Positions 1 through 10,368 are shown, numbered from the stretch's first letter. The stretch: DNA of 64,000 bases from an uncultured cyanobacterium (GCA_963719515.1 CAVRCJ010000011.1:96001-160000); one strand, 5' to 3'. Program-made: numbers and translations. The notes: generated from the sequence alone by a model not told the origin.

Positions 1-139
1 TGCCGCAGGTGATCACGTCAACGATCTGAGCAATCGCCGCCGCTCCGCGCTCGGCGACCTGGGCTTTGACCTGCTCGACGGTCCACACTGTGGCCTGACG
101 GTCAGAAATTTTAGCGTTAATGTCGTCTAATGTGCGCAT
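1..139 (-). CDS. Homocysteine biosynthesis protein (DUF39-like), 5' part only, runs off window
   Basis: Manual translation MRTLDDINAKISDRQATVWTVEQVKAQVAERGAAAIAQIVDVITCG resembles the DUF39 N-terminus (MRT..EIN.KI....AVV.T..E......VDV.T.GT). Confidence 0.7.
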   Translation of the reverse strand, partial: MRTLDDINAKISDRQATVWTVEQVKAQVAERGAAAIAQIVDVITCG

Positions 140-156
140 TGTTTGCTCGTACTGAC

Positions 157-336
157 CTAACGCTGCGCCTGCCACCCCATCCACAGGGCTACGCCAGCAA
201 CAGGAGTAAAGATAATGGTGAGCGCCGCAGCGCCAGTGGCGGGCAGCGGCACCAAAGGGCCTCCGTATTTAATCAATGCGGCGATGGCCGCAGAGGACAG
301 CATGAGCTTAATTAGGAAGCGGATGTCTTCAGGCAT
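157..336 (-). CDS. Small hypothetical membrane protein (59 aa)
   Basis: ATG at 336 in the 157..375 ORF; two hydrophobic segments around IKYGGP; co-directional with and 17 nt upstream of the DUF39 gene. Confidence 0.6.
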   Translation of the reverse strand: MPEDIRFLIKLMLSSAAIAALIKYGGPLVPLPATGAAALTIIFTPVAGVALWMGWQAQR

Positions 337-483
337 GATGAAAGGGACCAGTAGCTGTCGCTGACCTGCCTGCACAGTATACCGGCCGGCGATCGCCTAC
401 GGGAAATTCGAGCTTTTGGCGATCGCCAAAAGCTTGCTACTCGGCCTGCGGCTCGGCTGTGTCAGCGTCTTCCTAGGGCTGAT

Positions 484-879
484 TTAGCTACTAGACAGGA
501 AGCCCCGCGCTCTACCCGTCAGGGTGAGCGTCGGGATGAGAGTCGCGCTAGCCGAAGTGCGCCCGCAAAATGATGCACAGCGGATAGTGCGCTCAGCGCT
601 GAGGCTAGCAGTTGGTATGATAGAGATAGCAAGGTGATACACCCCGCAAAGAGTGTGACGGGCCCGTAGGCAAAAGCTGCAAGTCACCCGTTCCTCAGTT
701 TGCAAATGTATCTGCGACACATAGTGCGTATCCTCCCTCGCGGAGATGAAAATTCAAAACTCTGCCGTGGGGCATCAGGCGGAGTATAAACCTATCTCAG
801 GATATGTCTCGGCAATAGCTGGGAGTCACTGAGGAAGCCCGCGCTGTACAGCTTGCTGTCAGCGTCGGGAGGATGTCAC
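484..879 (+). mobile_element. Non-autonomous IS200/IS605-family derivative, copy 1 (TTAG at 484-487, ends TCAC at 879)
   Basis: Near-identical inverted copy at 4052-4446; both ends carry AAGCCC(C)GCGCT...AGCGTCGGGA hairpins like the tnpB element at 35242-36712; no transposase or tnpB ORF. Confidence 0.85.
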
Positions 880-924
880 TAGGACGCTTGCTATACCAGC
901 AAACGCAAGCCCCAATAGAGCAAG

Positions 925-950
925 AAAAAAGCGCCCCAATATGGGACGCT
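925..950 (-). terminator. Intrinsic terminator of the DUF4278 gene
   Basis: Minus strand AGCGTCCCATATTGGGGCGCT hairpin followed by a T-run. Confidence 0.7.
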
Positions 951-1009
951 GACAGTCTGAGCATCGCTATTAGCCCACGGCCTTAGCGCTCAAAAAGGTA
1001 TGCTGCGGC

Positions 1010-1189
1010 TTAGTTTACCCGAGCACCGCGATACTGGAGGTGAACATCCGACCGCTTAGGCTGAACTGCCTGAGCCGGGTGAATTTTCCAGGTTGCACCT
1101 CGGTAGTGACCAATCGTTTCGGCAGTGTCGACTGCGTCAACTGGCGCGTCAATGGAATCGTAGGCAACGCCGCGATAGTGTAGAGACAT
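1010..1189 (-). CDS. DUF4278-domain small protein (59 aa; IF17/GifB-related YRG repeats), absent from ORF track
   Basis: MSLHYRGVAYDSIDAPVDAVDTAETIGHYRGATWKIHPAQAVQPKRSDVHLQYRGARVN: three YRG motifs; RBS AGAGG; downstream of a glutamine riboswitch. Confidence 0.85.
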   Translation of the reverse strand: MSLHYRGVAYDSIDAPVDAVDTAETIGHYRGATWKIHPAQAVQPKRSDVHLQYRGARVN

Positions 1190-1263
1190 AGTAAACCTCT
1201 AAAGTCGTTAAGTAGTGAACCGTTAGTGGAACGCCTCTTCAAAAACTGAAGCGAGGCGAAAAT

Positions 1264-1365
1264 GCGTTCCTTCAGGGCGAACCCTACTTCCGTCTTCGGG
1301 TTTTCGTTGAATCAGGCTCTTGAGATAAAGCGAGCTGATTCAAGATGAACCAGAAGATGAACGTT
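1264..1365 (-). ncRNA. Glutamine riboswitch (glnA motif, class I) with long P2 stem
   Basis: Minus strand CGTTCA-TCTTC...GAAGA-CGGAAGT-AGGG(TTCG)CCCT-GAAG-GAACG: P1 CGTTC/GAACG, E-loop strands CGGAAGTA and GAAG, P3 with UUCG loop. Confidence 0.88.
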
Positions 1366-1374
1366 TGCGTTTCT

Positions 1375-1410
1375 GTATCTATTGTTACGGAAATGCCCTG
1401 GTTTTGTCAA
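1375..1410 (-). promoter_or_regulatory. Sigma70-type promoter overlapped by an NtcA box (probable repression)
   Basis: TTGACA at 1410-1405, -10-like TAACAAT about 17 nt downstream, GTA-ACAATAGA-TAC (GTA-N8-TAC) at 1388-1375. Confidence 0.75.
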
Positions 1411-1698
1411 GGGGTAATGAATTTTTTTAGATTTAGCCTTGGGATTGAGGACGGGCGGGAAGACGGCTGCAGCAGAATACCCGCAATTTTCTGGGTGTCC
1501 TCAATCGAATGAGCAACACCGCCGCGTTCACCCAATCGCTCTCAAGGGGGCGATCGTGGGCTAAGCTAGTCTGTTGTTTGGGCGCTGTCTCAGCTGACCT
1601 GATAGAGCTAGCCAAAAAATACAGCGGATTGCAGCGATGGCGACAGCCTATTCCAGCGGCAAATCTTATAATGAGCCCGCCTTATTAGGCAATTTTCT

Positions 1699-2754
1699 AT
1701 GCAGCGATCGTTCCAGCGCATCGTCACCGGCGGCATCTTTTTTTGCCTGACCATCGTGGTGGCGGTGATTGGCTACACCCTATTTGGCTGGAGTTTGAGC
1801 GACGCCTTCTACATGGTGATTATTACCATCTTTGGCGTTGGCTACGGCGAAGTTCAGCCCCTAGATTCACCGGCTGAGCGCTTCTTCACCGTCTTGGTTA
1901 TCCTAGCGGGCTTTATTTCAGTTGCTTATATTGTTGGAGGCTTCGTTCAAATGTTGATGGAGGGGGAGATCAACCACGCCCTTGACGCTCGCCGGAAAGC
2001 CCAGGGTCTTGAGCAACTCACAGATCACGTCATTATCTGCGGATTTGGGCGTACCGGGCAGGTCTTAGCCCGGCAGCTTCAGCAAGAAAATAAGGCGTTC
2101 ATCTTACTCGACCAAGATATAGACCGCGTCAGCCGGGCTGAGGCGCTGGGCTATATGGCCCACATGGGTAACGCCACCGATGAAGACGTTCTGCAAACCG
2201 TGGGAATTGCCCGTGCCCGCACCTTAGCCACTGTGCTGCCGGATGATGCGGTGAATGTCTTTATCACCCTGACGGCACGGGAGCTAAATCCTAAGCTGAC
2301 CATCGTGGCTCGGGGCGAGCTGCCCGCTACCGAAAAGAAGCTGCGGCTGGCGGGGGCAAATCACGTCGTCCTGCCCGCTTCCATTAGCGCTCAGCGCATG
2401 GCCAACTTGATTATCCGCCCTACGGCAATCGACTTCCTAGAGCAAAACAGCGAGCGCAGCCAGCTCGACGAACTGCTCTCCCAAATCGATATTCAAATTG
2501 ACGAGCTGAGTCTTCCTTCAGACTCTCAGCTCATAGGGAATACCCTAGGAGAGCTAGAGATTCAGGGAAATCGCGGTATTTTGGTGGTGGCGGTGCGGAG
2601 CGCGGGCGGCGGCATCACCATGAACCCTGGACCGTCTTACAAAATCTGTGGCGGCGACACTCTAATTCTTATGGCCCACCGGGGGGATATTCCCCAGCTT
2701 GCCCAGCTGTATCGCCTCAAGCAGACGCTGCGCTATCGGGGTGCTCGCGCTTAG
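1699..2754 (+). CDS. Potassium channel with TrkA-N/TrkA-C (RCK) domains
   Basis: Two TM helices around a GVGYG filter; Rossmann ICGFGRTG; C-terminal RCK_C. Confidence 0.9.
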   Translation: MQRSFQRIVTGGIFFCLTIVVAVIGYTLFGWSLSDAFYMVIITIFGVGYGEVQPLDSPAERFFTVLVILAGFISVAYIVGGFVQMLMEGEINHALDARRKAQGLEQLTDHVIICGFGRTGQVLARQLQQENKAFILLDQDIDRVSRAEALGYMAHMGNATDEDVLQTVGIARARTLATVLPDDAVNVFITLTARELNPKLTIVARGELPATEKKLRLAGANHVVLPASISAQRMANLIIRPTAIDFLEQNSERSQLDELLSQIDIQIDELSLPSDSQLIGNTLGELEIQGNRGILVVAVRSAGGGITMNPGPSYKICGGDTLILMAHRGDIPQLAQLYRLKQTLRYRGARA

Positions 2755-3878
2755 TTAGGAGGGCCTTTTGCCCTCGCAGCGTTGTCAGAATTGATGATCT
2801 CCTGCAGCCAGGCGTCAACCCGTTCTCCCAACGCCGATAGAGAGTATTTTTCCTCAGCCTCCCGCCGACAGGCTGCCCGATCGACTTCCGCCACTTTGGC
2901 GATCGCCGCCACCAGTCCTTCAACGCTGTCAGGCTTCACCAGCCAGCCCGTTTTGCCATGACTCACTAGCTCTGCCGGACCGCCCCGTTCGTAGGCCAGC
3001 ACCGGTACGCCGCAGGCCAGGGCTTCTACCACCACGTTGCCAAAGGCCTCCACCCATTTGGGCGTCACCAGCAGCGCTCGGCACCGGCCCACCTCTCTTT
3101 GCAAGTCCTGCAGGCCCATAAAGCCCCGGTAGCGCATGGGAGCCTGGGGATACTGCCGCTGTAGGTCTTCCCAATACTCAGGGTCAGAGACGGTTCCAAA
3201 AATATTGAGGACGCTGCCGCATTGTGACGCCGCAGCGATCGCATCTTCCAGCCCTTTTTCCGGGGAAATGCGGCCCATCCAGGCCAGCTCGGGGCCGGGC
3301 GAGGGCTGAAAGTCATATTGGGACAGATCAAACCCGTTTTGCAGCAGGTGCAGGCGATCGCCAAACGGAAAGGTGTCAGCCTGAGTTTGGGTATAGACAC
3401 CAACGCTGCGGGGAAACTGAGCCAGGATTTGGGCGATCGCCTTGTCTATAGCATCCGTCAAAGATCCCATACTGATCCAATGAGCCACCGGACGGCTCAG
3501 CCAGGGCGTGAGATAAAGGGGCAGCCAGTCGTAGGCAAAGTTGAGCAACAGGTCGTAGTTCTGTTGCTCTTGGCGGGCGTAGTCCCACATATGGCCCAGC
3601 ACCGCGTCGGCAGGCAGGTAGATTGACGCGTCGCGGCTCTGAGTTTGGGCTGGGGTTTGTAGGGCCCCGGAAACCAAAGTGAGCGGAACGCCCTCTAGCC
3701 GTGAACCTGCAGGAGCTACGACTTGAATCCGGTGTCCGCGCTGCTGCAGGGCGCTAGCCGTATTTGCCAAAATCAGCTCGACGCCCCCTCCTAAGCCAGA
3801 GCCAAGAGGACCGACCGGAGTGGATAGAAACAGTAGATTCACAGCAGTGGAGTGCGGAACGGAAAATACGTCATGCAA
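2751..3878 (-). CDS. Glycosyltransferase family 4 (true start may be slightly downstream)
   Basis: GRISPEKG and EAFGNVVVEALACGVPV GT-B motifs. Confidence 0.9.
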   Translation of the reverse strand: MHDVFSVPHSTAVNLLFLSTPVGPLGSGLGGGVELILANTASALQQRGHRIQVVAPAGSRLEGVPLTLVSGALQTPAQTQSRDASIYLPADAVLGHMWDYARQEQQNYDLLLNFAYDWLPLYLTPWLSRPVAHWISMGSLTDAIDKAIAQILAQFPRSVGVYTQTQADTFPFGDRLHLLQNGFDLSQYDFQPSPGPELAWMGRISPEKGLEDAIAAASQCGSVLNIFGTVSDPEYWEDLQRQYPQAPMRYRGFMGLQDLQREVGRCRALLVTPKWVEAFGNVVVEALACGVPVLAYERGGPAELVSHGKTGWLVKPDSVEGLVAAIAKVAEVDRAACRREAEEKYSLSALGERVDAWLQEIINSDNAARAKGPPN

Positions 3879-4051
3879 TAAGCCTGTCTGTCAAGTAAAA
3901 CTACGCAGTATTTAGAATTCAAGGCTAGGGTCGGTAAAATTAAGCCACTTGTCAAGACAATATTAAATCCTATACGAGCCCATAAACCGCTTCCCTAAAA
4001 GCGGTTTTTCTTGAAGAGACATGCTGTCTGGACCTTGATGGGGATTAACGA

Positions 4052-4446
4052 GTGACATCCTCCCGACGCTGACAGCAAGCTGTACAGCGCGGGCTTCCTC
4101 AGTGACTCCCAGCTATTGCCGAGACATATCCTGAGATAGGTTTATACTCCGCCTGATGCCCCACGGCAGAGTTTTGAATTTTCATCTCCGCGAGGGAGGA
4201 TACGCACTATGTGTCGCAGATACATTTGCAAACTGAGGAACGGGTGACTTGCAGCTTTCGCCTACGGGCCCGTCACACTCTTTGCGGGGTGTATCACCTG
4301 CTATCTCTATCATACCAACTGCTAGCCTCAGCGCTGAGCGCACTATCGGCTGTGCATCATTTTGCGGGCGCACTTCGGCTAGCGCGACTCTCATCCCGAC
4401 GCTCACCCTGACGGGTAGAGCGCGGGGCTTCTCGTCTAGTCGCTAA
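4052..4446 (-). mobile_element. Non-autonomous IS200/IS605-family derivative, copy 2 (inverted relative to copy 1)
   Basis: Reverse complement matches 484-879 with about 6 differences, all in the left half; TTAG at left and TCAC at right. Confidence 0.85.
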
Positions 4447-4755
4447 AAATTATTAGCTGTCCTGCCCTTCATCATCCACCTCGCCCCCTACAATCCCGGG
4501 CTAGCTTGTCGGAGGTGAGGATGCCTAGCCCATGGTCTCAGCCACAAAAAGCCGGTATCAGCTGGTTTCAGCCGCTAGCCGCAGCGCTGCTTTCAGGATC
4601 TTCTGGGGCTGGCGATCGCCTTTCTTGGCGCTGACATCGGGAACTGGGTCGCGGGAGTCACCCTGAGCCTCAGCTAACCAGTCTCCCAAACCCGCTAAGA
4701 TTCAAGAGCAAGCACTGCTTCGCTCAGCCCACCACCGACACGGCCCAATTCCGCT

Positions 4756-5823
4756 ATGACCCTATTGACTTCCGCCGCTATTCTTGACGTCTTAAAGCCG
4801 GTACAGGATCCGGAGCTACGCCGCAGCCTGGTAGAGCTCAATATGATTCGCGATGTGACGGTTGAAGGCGGACAGGTAAGCTTTACCCTCGTGCTCACCA
4901 CGCCCGCCTGCCCGCTGCGGGAATTTATCGTCGAAGACTGCGAGAAGGCGGTTAAAACCTTACCTGGCGTGGAGTCAGTGGACGTGGCGGTGACGGCGGA
5001 GACGCCGCAGCAGAAATCTTTGCCCGATCGCCAGGGTATCGCTGGGGTAAAAAACATCTTGGCGGTTTCTAGCGGCAAAGGGGGAGTAGGCAAGAGCACC
5101 GTAGCGGTCAATATCGCCGTGGCCCTGGCGGACAGCGGCGCCAAGGTGGGCCTGATAGACGCCGATATTTATGGCCCCAACACGCCGACTATGCTGGGGT
5201 TAGCTGACGCTGGGGTCACTGTCCAGGATGGCTCTGACGGCCAGATTTTAGAGCCTGCTTTTAACTACGGCGTCAAGCTAGTGTCTATGGGCTTTTTGAT
5301 AGACAAAGACCAGCCCGTAATCTGGCGGGGACCGATGCTCAACGGCATCATTCGCCAGTTTCTCTACCAGGCCAACTGGGGCGAGCTGGATTACTTGATT
5401 GTCGATATGCCCCCCGGTACCGGAGACGCCCAGCTAACGATGGCCCAGGCGGTGCCCATGGCCGGGGCGGTGATTGTCACTACCCCTCAAAATGTGGCCC
5501 TGCAGGACGCTCGCCGGGGGCTAAAGATGTTTCAGCAGCTGGGGGTGTCGGTACTGGGCATTGTGGAGAATATGAGCTACTTTGTGCCCCCCGACCTGCC
5601 CGATCGCCAGTACGACATTTTTGGGTCGGGCGGCGGGCAAAAGACTTCAGAAGAGCTGGGGCTACCGCTGCTGGGCTGCATTCCGTTAGAGATGGGGCTG
5701 CGGGAAGGGGGCGATCGCGGAGTTCCTATTGTGCTAGACCAGCCTGACTCTGCGTCGGCAAAGGCGCTGAAAGCGGTAGCGCAGCAGGTCGCGGCGCGGG
5801 TATCGGTAATGGCGCTGACTTAG
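4756..5823 (+). CDS. mrp: Mrp/NBP35 Fe-S cluster carrier ATPase
   Basis: DUF59 N-terminus with TPACP, SGKGGVGKST, DADIYGP, WRGPM, DMPPGTGD. Confidence 0.95.
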   Translation: MTLLTSAAILDVLKPVQDPELRRSLVELNMIRDVTVEGGQVSFTLVLTTPACPLREFIVEDCEKAVKTLPGVESVDVAVTAETPQQKSLPDRQGIAGVKNILAVSSGKGGVGKSTVAVNIAVALADSGAKVGLIDADIYGPNTPTMLGLADAGVTVQDGSDGQILEPAFNYGVKLVSMGFLIDKDQPVIWRGPMLNGIIRQFLYQANWGELDYLIVDMPPGTGDAQLTMAQAVPMAGAVIVTTPQNVALQDARRGLKMFQQLGVSVLGIVENMSYFVPPDLPDRQYDIFGSGGGQKTSEELGLPLLGCIPLEMGLREGGDRGVPIVLDQPDSASAKALKAVAQQVAARVSVMALT

Positions 5824-5996
5824 AGACACCCCCCAAAAATCCGGCTCCTGATACTCTGCTGCGGAGATATTGGGAGCCTGGTGATCTATGCAAGGCAAAG
5901 CCACCCTCGACTTCATAGCGCTGTTGAGCGGCTGTGACGCCAAGAGCGGCGGAAAGAGACTACAGCTCGGCTGCAGCGTTGCGGCTAGTCCGAGCC

Positions 5997-7967
5997 TTAC
6001 GTGACGGCGATCGCCCCTTGAGGCTGCTCTGCCTCCTCGGACTTGATGACGGCAATCGACTCTAAGTGGATATCCCGCTGTCCTTCCGGCAGCTCCGTGT
6101 ATTCCGCCACAATCTTGCGGAACGTGTCGCCGTCGATGGTTTCCTGCTCAATGAGCACGTCAGCCAGGTGGTCCATCAGGGAGCGGTTCTCCCGGATGAT
6201 TTGGCGGGCCTGGTCGTAGCACTGAAAGGCAATGTCTCGAATGCGGCGGTCGATTTTGGTTGCCATTTCCTCTGAGTATTCCTGGTTGCGGGGCATTAAG
6301 TCCCGCCCTAAAAACACCTCATTGCTGGCAGTTTCTAGCGCAAAAGTACCCAGGTCAGACATCCCGTAGCGGGTCACCATCTTGCGGGCGCTGTCCGCCA
6401 CTTTTTGAATGTCGGACATTGCCCCGCCTGTGACTTCATCTGGGCCAAACACCTCCGCTTCAGCGGCCCGTCCGCCCAAGGCCATCGTAATTTCGTCAAG
6501 CAGGCCCGCCCGCGTCTCCAGCCCGTCGTCGACGCCCGCGCGGCGCAGGAGCGGCATCGCAAAGCCGAGGGTGCCCCCCGAGCGCGGGATGATGGTCACC
6601 TTGTCTAGAGGGTCGGTGTGGTTGAGCAGCGTCATCAGCAGCGCGTGCCCTAGCTCGTGGTAGGCAATCAGCCGCTTCTTCTTGCCGTCCAGGAGCGGAT
6701 TCATCGTCAGGCCGACAAGAATTCGGTCAATGGCGTCCTCCACCTCCAAGTGGGTGATGGCGTCTTTGCGGCGACGGGCCGTCAAGATGGCGGCCTCATT
6801 GAGCATGTTGGCTAGGTCCGCCCCTGAAAAGCCGGGGGTCCGCTGGGCTACCGCATCCAGCGACACGTCAGGCGACAGCTTTTTGTTGCGGGCATGCACC
6901 TCTAGGATGCCGAGGCGTCCCTTGTAGCTGGGCAGGTCTACCACCACCTGACGGTCGAAGCGCCCGGGGCGCAGCAGGGCCGAGTCCAGCACGTCGGGGC
7001 GGTTGGTGGCCGCAATAATAATGATGCCGGTGTTGTTCTCAAAGCCGTCCATCTCGGTGAGCAGCTGGTTGAGGGTCTGCTCTCGCTCGTCGTTGCCACC
7101 GCCGATCCCCGCGCCCCGCTGTCGGCCCACCGCATCAATCTCGTCGATAAAGACGATGCAGGGCGCACTTTCCTTGGCCTTTTTGAACAGGTCGCGGACC
7201 CGTGAAGCGCCCACCCCCACAAACATCTCCACAAACTCAGAGCCGGAGATGGAGAAGAAAGGCACCCCCGCCTCTCCAGCGATCGCCTTTGCCAGCAGGG
7301 TTTTACCCGTACCCGGAGCCCCAATTAGCAGGACGCCGTTGGGAATCTTGGCTCCCACCGCCGTAAATTTCTCGGGCTGCTTCAGAAAGCCAACCACCTC
7401 CTGCAGCTCTTCTTTCGCTTCTTCAATGCCCGCCACATCCTCAAAGTTGACGCCGGTCTTGGCCTCCATCTGGAAGCGAGCCCGCGACTTGCCAAAGTTC
7501 ATGGCTTGCCCCGAAGCATTGGCGGAGCGGCGCAGCAGCAGCATCAGGCCGCCAATGACCAAGAACGCCACCAGCAGGTTGGTCAGCAGCCAGGCGATCG
7601 CCGACGTGTCGGCAGCGGGCTGCACCTCAATCTCGATATTGCGATCGGTGGCCCGCTCAATTATCTCTTGGTTTTGGCTGCCTTCAAATAGCACCACGTC
7701 CTGGGGATCTTCTTCACCCCGCAGCTCGACGCTGGCGCTTCCCGCCGGATCGATTTCTAGCCGGGTGACGTCCCCCGAGTCGATTTTTTCTAGCAATTCG
7801 CTGTAGCTTAGCTCATCTTTTTCTTCGGCTGCGCTTTGAGCGATCGCCGGTAGCGAAAGACTTTGCAGCAGCATCCAGGTGAAGGTAATCAGACCTGCGG
7901 TAACCGAGGCGCGGCGCGGCCCAAACCGTCGGGACGTCCGTGATGAGGCGTGGCTAAACTGCGTCAT
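5997..7967 (-). CDS. ftsH: ATP-dependent zinc metalloprotease FtsH
   Basis: Walker [22 protein letters not shown], zinc motif HELGH, two N-terminal TMs. Confidence 0.95.
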   Translation of the reverse strand: MTQFSHASSRTSRRFGPRRASVTAGLITFTWMLLQSLSLPAIAQSAAEEKDELSYSELLEKIDSGDVTRLEIDPAGSASVELRGEEDPQDVVLFEGSQNQEIIERATDRNIEIEVQPAADTSAIAWLLTNLLVAFLVIGGLMLLLRRSANASGQAMNFGKSRARFQMEAKTGVNFEDVAGIEEAKEELQEVVGFLKQPEKFTAVGAKIPNGVLLIGAPGTGKTLLAKAIAGEAGVPFFSISGSEFVEMFVGVGASRVRDLFKKAKESAPCIVFIDEIDAVGRQRGAGIGGGNDEREQTLNQLLTEMDGFENNTGIIIIAATNRPDVLDSALLRPGRFDRQVVVDLPSYKGRLGILEVHARNKKLSPDVSLDAVAQRTPGFSGADLANMLNEAAILTARRRKDAITHLEVEDAIDRILVGLTMNPLLDGKKKRLIAYHELGHALLMTLLNHTDPLDKVTIIPRSGGTLGFAMPLLRRAGVDDGLETRAGLLDEITMALGGRAAEAEVFGPDEVTGGAMSDIQKVADSARKMVTRYGMSDLGTFALETASNEVFLGRDLMPRNQEYSEEMATKIDRRIRDIAFQCYDQARQIIRENRSLMDHLADVLIEQETIDGDTFRKIVAEYTELPEGQRDIHLESIAVIKSEEAEQPQGAIAVT

Positions 7968-8078
7968 GTTCCTGTATCTGAATCGTATGTGAGTTAATGC
8001 TAAGGCTGTAGCGGTGATACTACTTTACCCAGTGTAGCTCTCCCAATCGGGAAAAGGCCTTTACAGCCGCCGCACCCA

Positions 8079-8158
8079 ATAGCGCCCTCTGCCGCCCCTT
8101 CTCCCGATAGCGCCCTCTGCCGCTCTTTCTCCCGATAGCGCCCTCTGCCGCCCTTTCT
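8079..8158. repeat. 28-bp tandem repeat, about 3 copies, in the ftsH/glyS divergent intergenic region
   Basis: ATAGCGCCCTCTGCCGC(C/T)C(C/T)TTCTCCCG head-to-tail, no spacers. Confidence 0.9.
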
Positions 8159-8214
8159 ATAGACAGGGTTAGCAGATGGGGTTATTTTTGAGCTTGATAT
8201 TGTGACGGGGCACC

Positions 8215-10368
8215 ATGGCGACGTTTTTACTTGAGGTTGGGACGGAAGAACTTCCCGCTGAGTTCCTAGACACGGCGTTTTCCCAGTGGCGATCGCAGAT
8301 TCCAGCCAGCCTCGCCGAGGCGTTTTTGACCCCCGAGGCGATTCACATCTACGGCACCCCGAGGCGGCTGGTGCTGCTGCTGGAAGGCCTGCCCGAGCAG
8401 CAGCCCGACCGCACAGAAGAGGTCAAAGGTCCCCCGGCCCAGGCGGCCTTTAAGAACGGCAAGCCCACCAAGGCGGCAGAGGGGTTTGCCCGCTCTCGGG
8501 GGGCAACGGTGGAGGACTTAGAGGTGCGTGACACGGGCAAAGGCTCGTTTGTATTCGTCATTCAGCGGATTGCGGGCCGCAGCGCGGCGGCGGTGCTCGC
8601 CGAGCAAATTCCCGACTGGGTGCTGGGGCTTGAAGGCAAGCGGTTTATGCGCTGGGGGGACGGCGACCTGCGCTTTCCGCGCCCCATCCGCTGGCTCATG
8701 GCCCTGCTGGACGACCAGCTCTTGCCCATCACCCTAGAAAACGGCTCCGAGGTCATCCACAGCGATCGCCTGTCCTACGGCCACCGGGTGCTCTCCCCCG
8801 GCGCGATTGAGATTGCCCAGGCCGAGGGCTACTTGAGCGCCATGCGGGCCGCCCGCATTGAAGTGGACCCCGAGCGACGGCGAGAGGCGATCGCCGAGCA
8901 GACCCAGCGGGCCGCCAAGTCTGTGGGGGGAGTAGCCCGCATGTCGCCGGAGCTGCTGCAGGAGGTGGTGAATCTGGTGGAAACCCCCACCGCCGTTGTG
9001 GGCACCTTTGCCCCCGAATTCTTGGAGGTTCCCTCAGAGGTGAGCATTACGGAGATGGAGAGCCACCAGCGCTACTTCCCGGTGCTGGCGTCTGAGTCCT
9101 CGGGTACCCTGCTGCCCTACTTCATCACTATTTCCAACGGCGACCCCGACAAGGCCAAAATCATCGCGGCGGGCAACGAGCGCGTGATTCGCGCCCGGCT
9201 CTCCGACGGCAAGTTCTTTTTTGACCTCGATCGCAAGCAGACCTTGGAGGCCTACTTACCCCAGCTGGAAACGGTCACCTTCCAGCAGGACATTGGCTCA
9301 GTGCGCCAAAAAGCCGCGCGTATTGAGGCGATCGCGGAGCTGATTGGGGGCCAGCTGGGCATCGCCGAACCGGAGAAAACCCAGGTGCAGCGGGGGGCGC
9401 TGCTGTGCAAAGCGGACCTCGTGACCCAAATGGTGGGGGAGTTTCCGGAGCTGCAGGGGGTAATGGGGCAAAAGTACGCCCTGGCCAGCGGCGAGGACGA
9501 GGCCGTGGCCACCGCCATCATGGAGCATTACCTGCCTCGGGGCGCGGACGACGCCATGCCCCAAACCCTAGTGGGCCAGGTGGTGGGTCTGGCCGACCGC
9601 CTCGATACCCTGGTGAGCATCTTTAGCCTGGGCCGGGTGCCCTCGGGCTCCTCCGACCCCTTTGCTCTGCGGCGCGCCGCCAACGCCGTCGTCAGCATTA
9701 TCTGGCAGGGAAACCTGGCGCTCAACCTGCGGCAGCTGATGGCAGAGGCCATCACCAGCTTCACCCAGCACAACGCGATCAAAGCGGGCGATGCCGCCTC
9801 CCTGCAGGGACAGCTCGAAGCCTTCTTTCAGCAGCGGCTGCAGACCCTGCTGGCCGAGATGGGCATCGACTACGACCTGATCAACGCCGTGCTGGGAGAA
9901 GGCGATCCCGAGTACGCCGCCCGCGCCCTCAGCGACCTGCTCGACGGACGCGATCGCGCCCGGTTCCTGCAGCAGATTCGCCAAGATGGCATTCTGGAGA
10001 GCATCTACGAAACGGTGAACCGCGCCTCCCGGCTGGCGGCCCAGTCGGACTTTGACACCGCCCCGCTGGACCCCGCCCAGGAAATCGACAAGGCCCTGTT
10101 TCAGCAGGATTCGGAGCAGGCTTTCTACGACGCCCTGGTGACCCTAATGCCAAAGACTCAGCAGGCCCAGGCCAGCCGAGACTACGGGGCGCTGGTGGCA
10201 GCCTTGGGGGAAATTGCCCCCGTGGTGAGCCAGTTTTTCGACGGGCCGGACAGCGTTTTGGTGATGGCCGACGACCCGGCGGTGCGGCGCAACCGGCTCA
10301 CCCTGCTGGGGCTGCTGCGCAACCATGCGCGGGTGCTGGCGGATTTTGGGGCGATCGTCAAGCAGTGA
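8215..10368 (+). CDS. glyS: Glycine--tRNA ligase beta subunit
   Basis: [39 protein letters not shown]-terminal NRL.LL. Confidence 0.97.
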   Translation: MATFLLEVGTEELPAEFLDTAFSQWRSQIPASLAEAFLTPEAIHIYGTPRRLVLLLEGLPEQQPDRTEEVKGPPAQAAFKNGKPTKAAEGFARSRGATVEDLEVRDTGKGSFVFVIQRIAGRSAAAVLAEQIPDWVLGLEGKRFMRWGDGDLRFPRPIRWLMALLDDQLLPITLENGSEVIHSDRLSYGHRVLSPGAIEIAQAEGYLSAMRAARIEVDPERRREAIAEQTQRAAKSVGGVARMSPELLQEVVNLVETPTAVVGTFAPEFLEVPSEVSITEMESHQRYFPVLASESSGTLLPYFITISNGDPDKAKIIAAGNERVIRARLSDGKFFFDLDRKQTLEAYLPQLETVTFQQDIGSVRQKAARIEAIAELIGGQLGIAEPEKTQVQRGALLCKADLVTQMVGEFPELQGVMGQKYALASGEDEAVATAIMEHYLPRGADDAMPQTLVGQVVGLADRLDTLVSIFSLGRVPSGSSDPFALRRAANAVVSIIWQGNLALNLRQLMAEAITSFTQHNAIKAGDAASLQGQLEAFFQQRLQTLLAEMGIDYDLINAVLGEGDPEYAARALSDLLDGRDRARFLQQIRQDGILESIYETVNRASRLAAQSDFDTAPLDPAQEIDKALFQQDSEQAFYDALVTLMPKTQQAQASRDYGALVAALGEIAPVVSQFFDGPDSVLVMADDPAVRRNRLTLLGLLRNHARVLADFGAIVKQ

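Noticed and set aside
484..720. ORFs 484..720, 4182..4406, 4211..4411 and 4249..4446 inside the mini-elements
   Set aside because: A 1-nt indel between the copies breaks frame conservation; no transposase or TnpB motifs.
484..879. Group I intron (IStron) or hammerhead ribozyme within the mini-element
   Set aside because: I could not find P7/catalytic-core or CUGANGA...GAAA motifs by eye; both copies are intergenic.
1015..1242. 75-aa ORF from the track
   Set aside because: Wrong frame; the RBS-preceded DUF4278 ORF 1010..1189 explains the region.
8079..8158. Mini-CRISPR (28-bp repeats)
   Set aside because: Head-to-tail repeats with no spacers.
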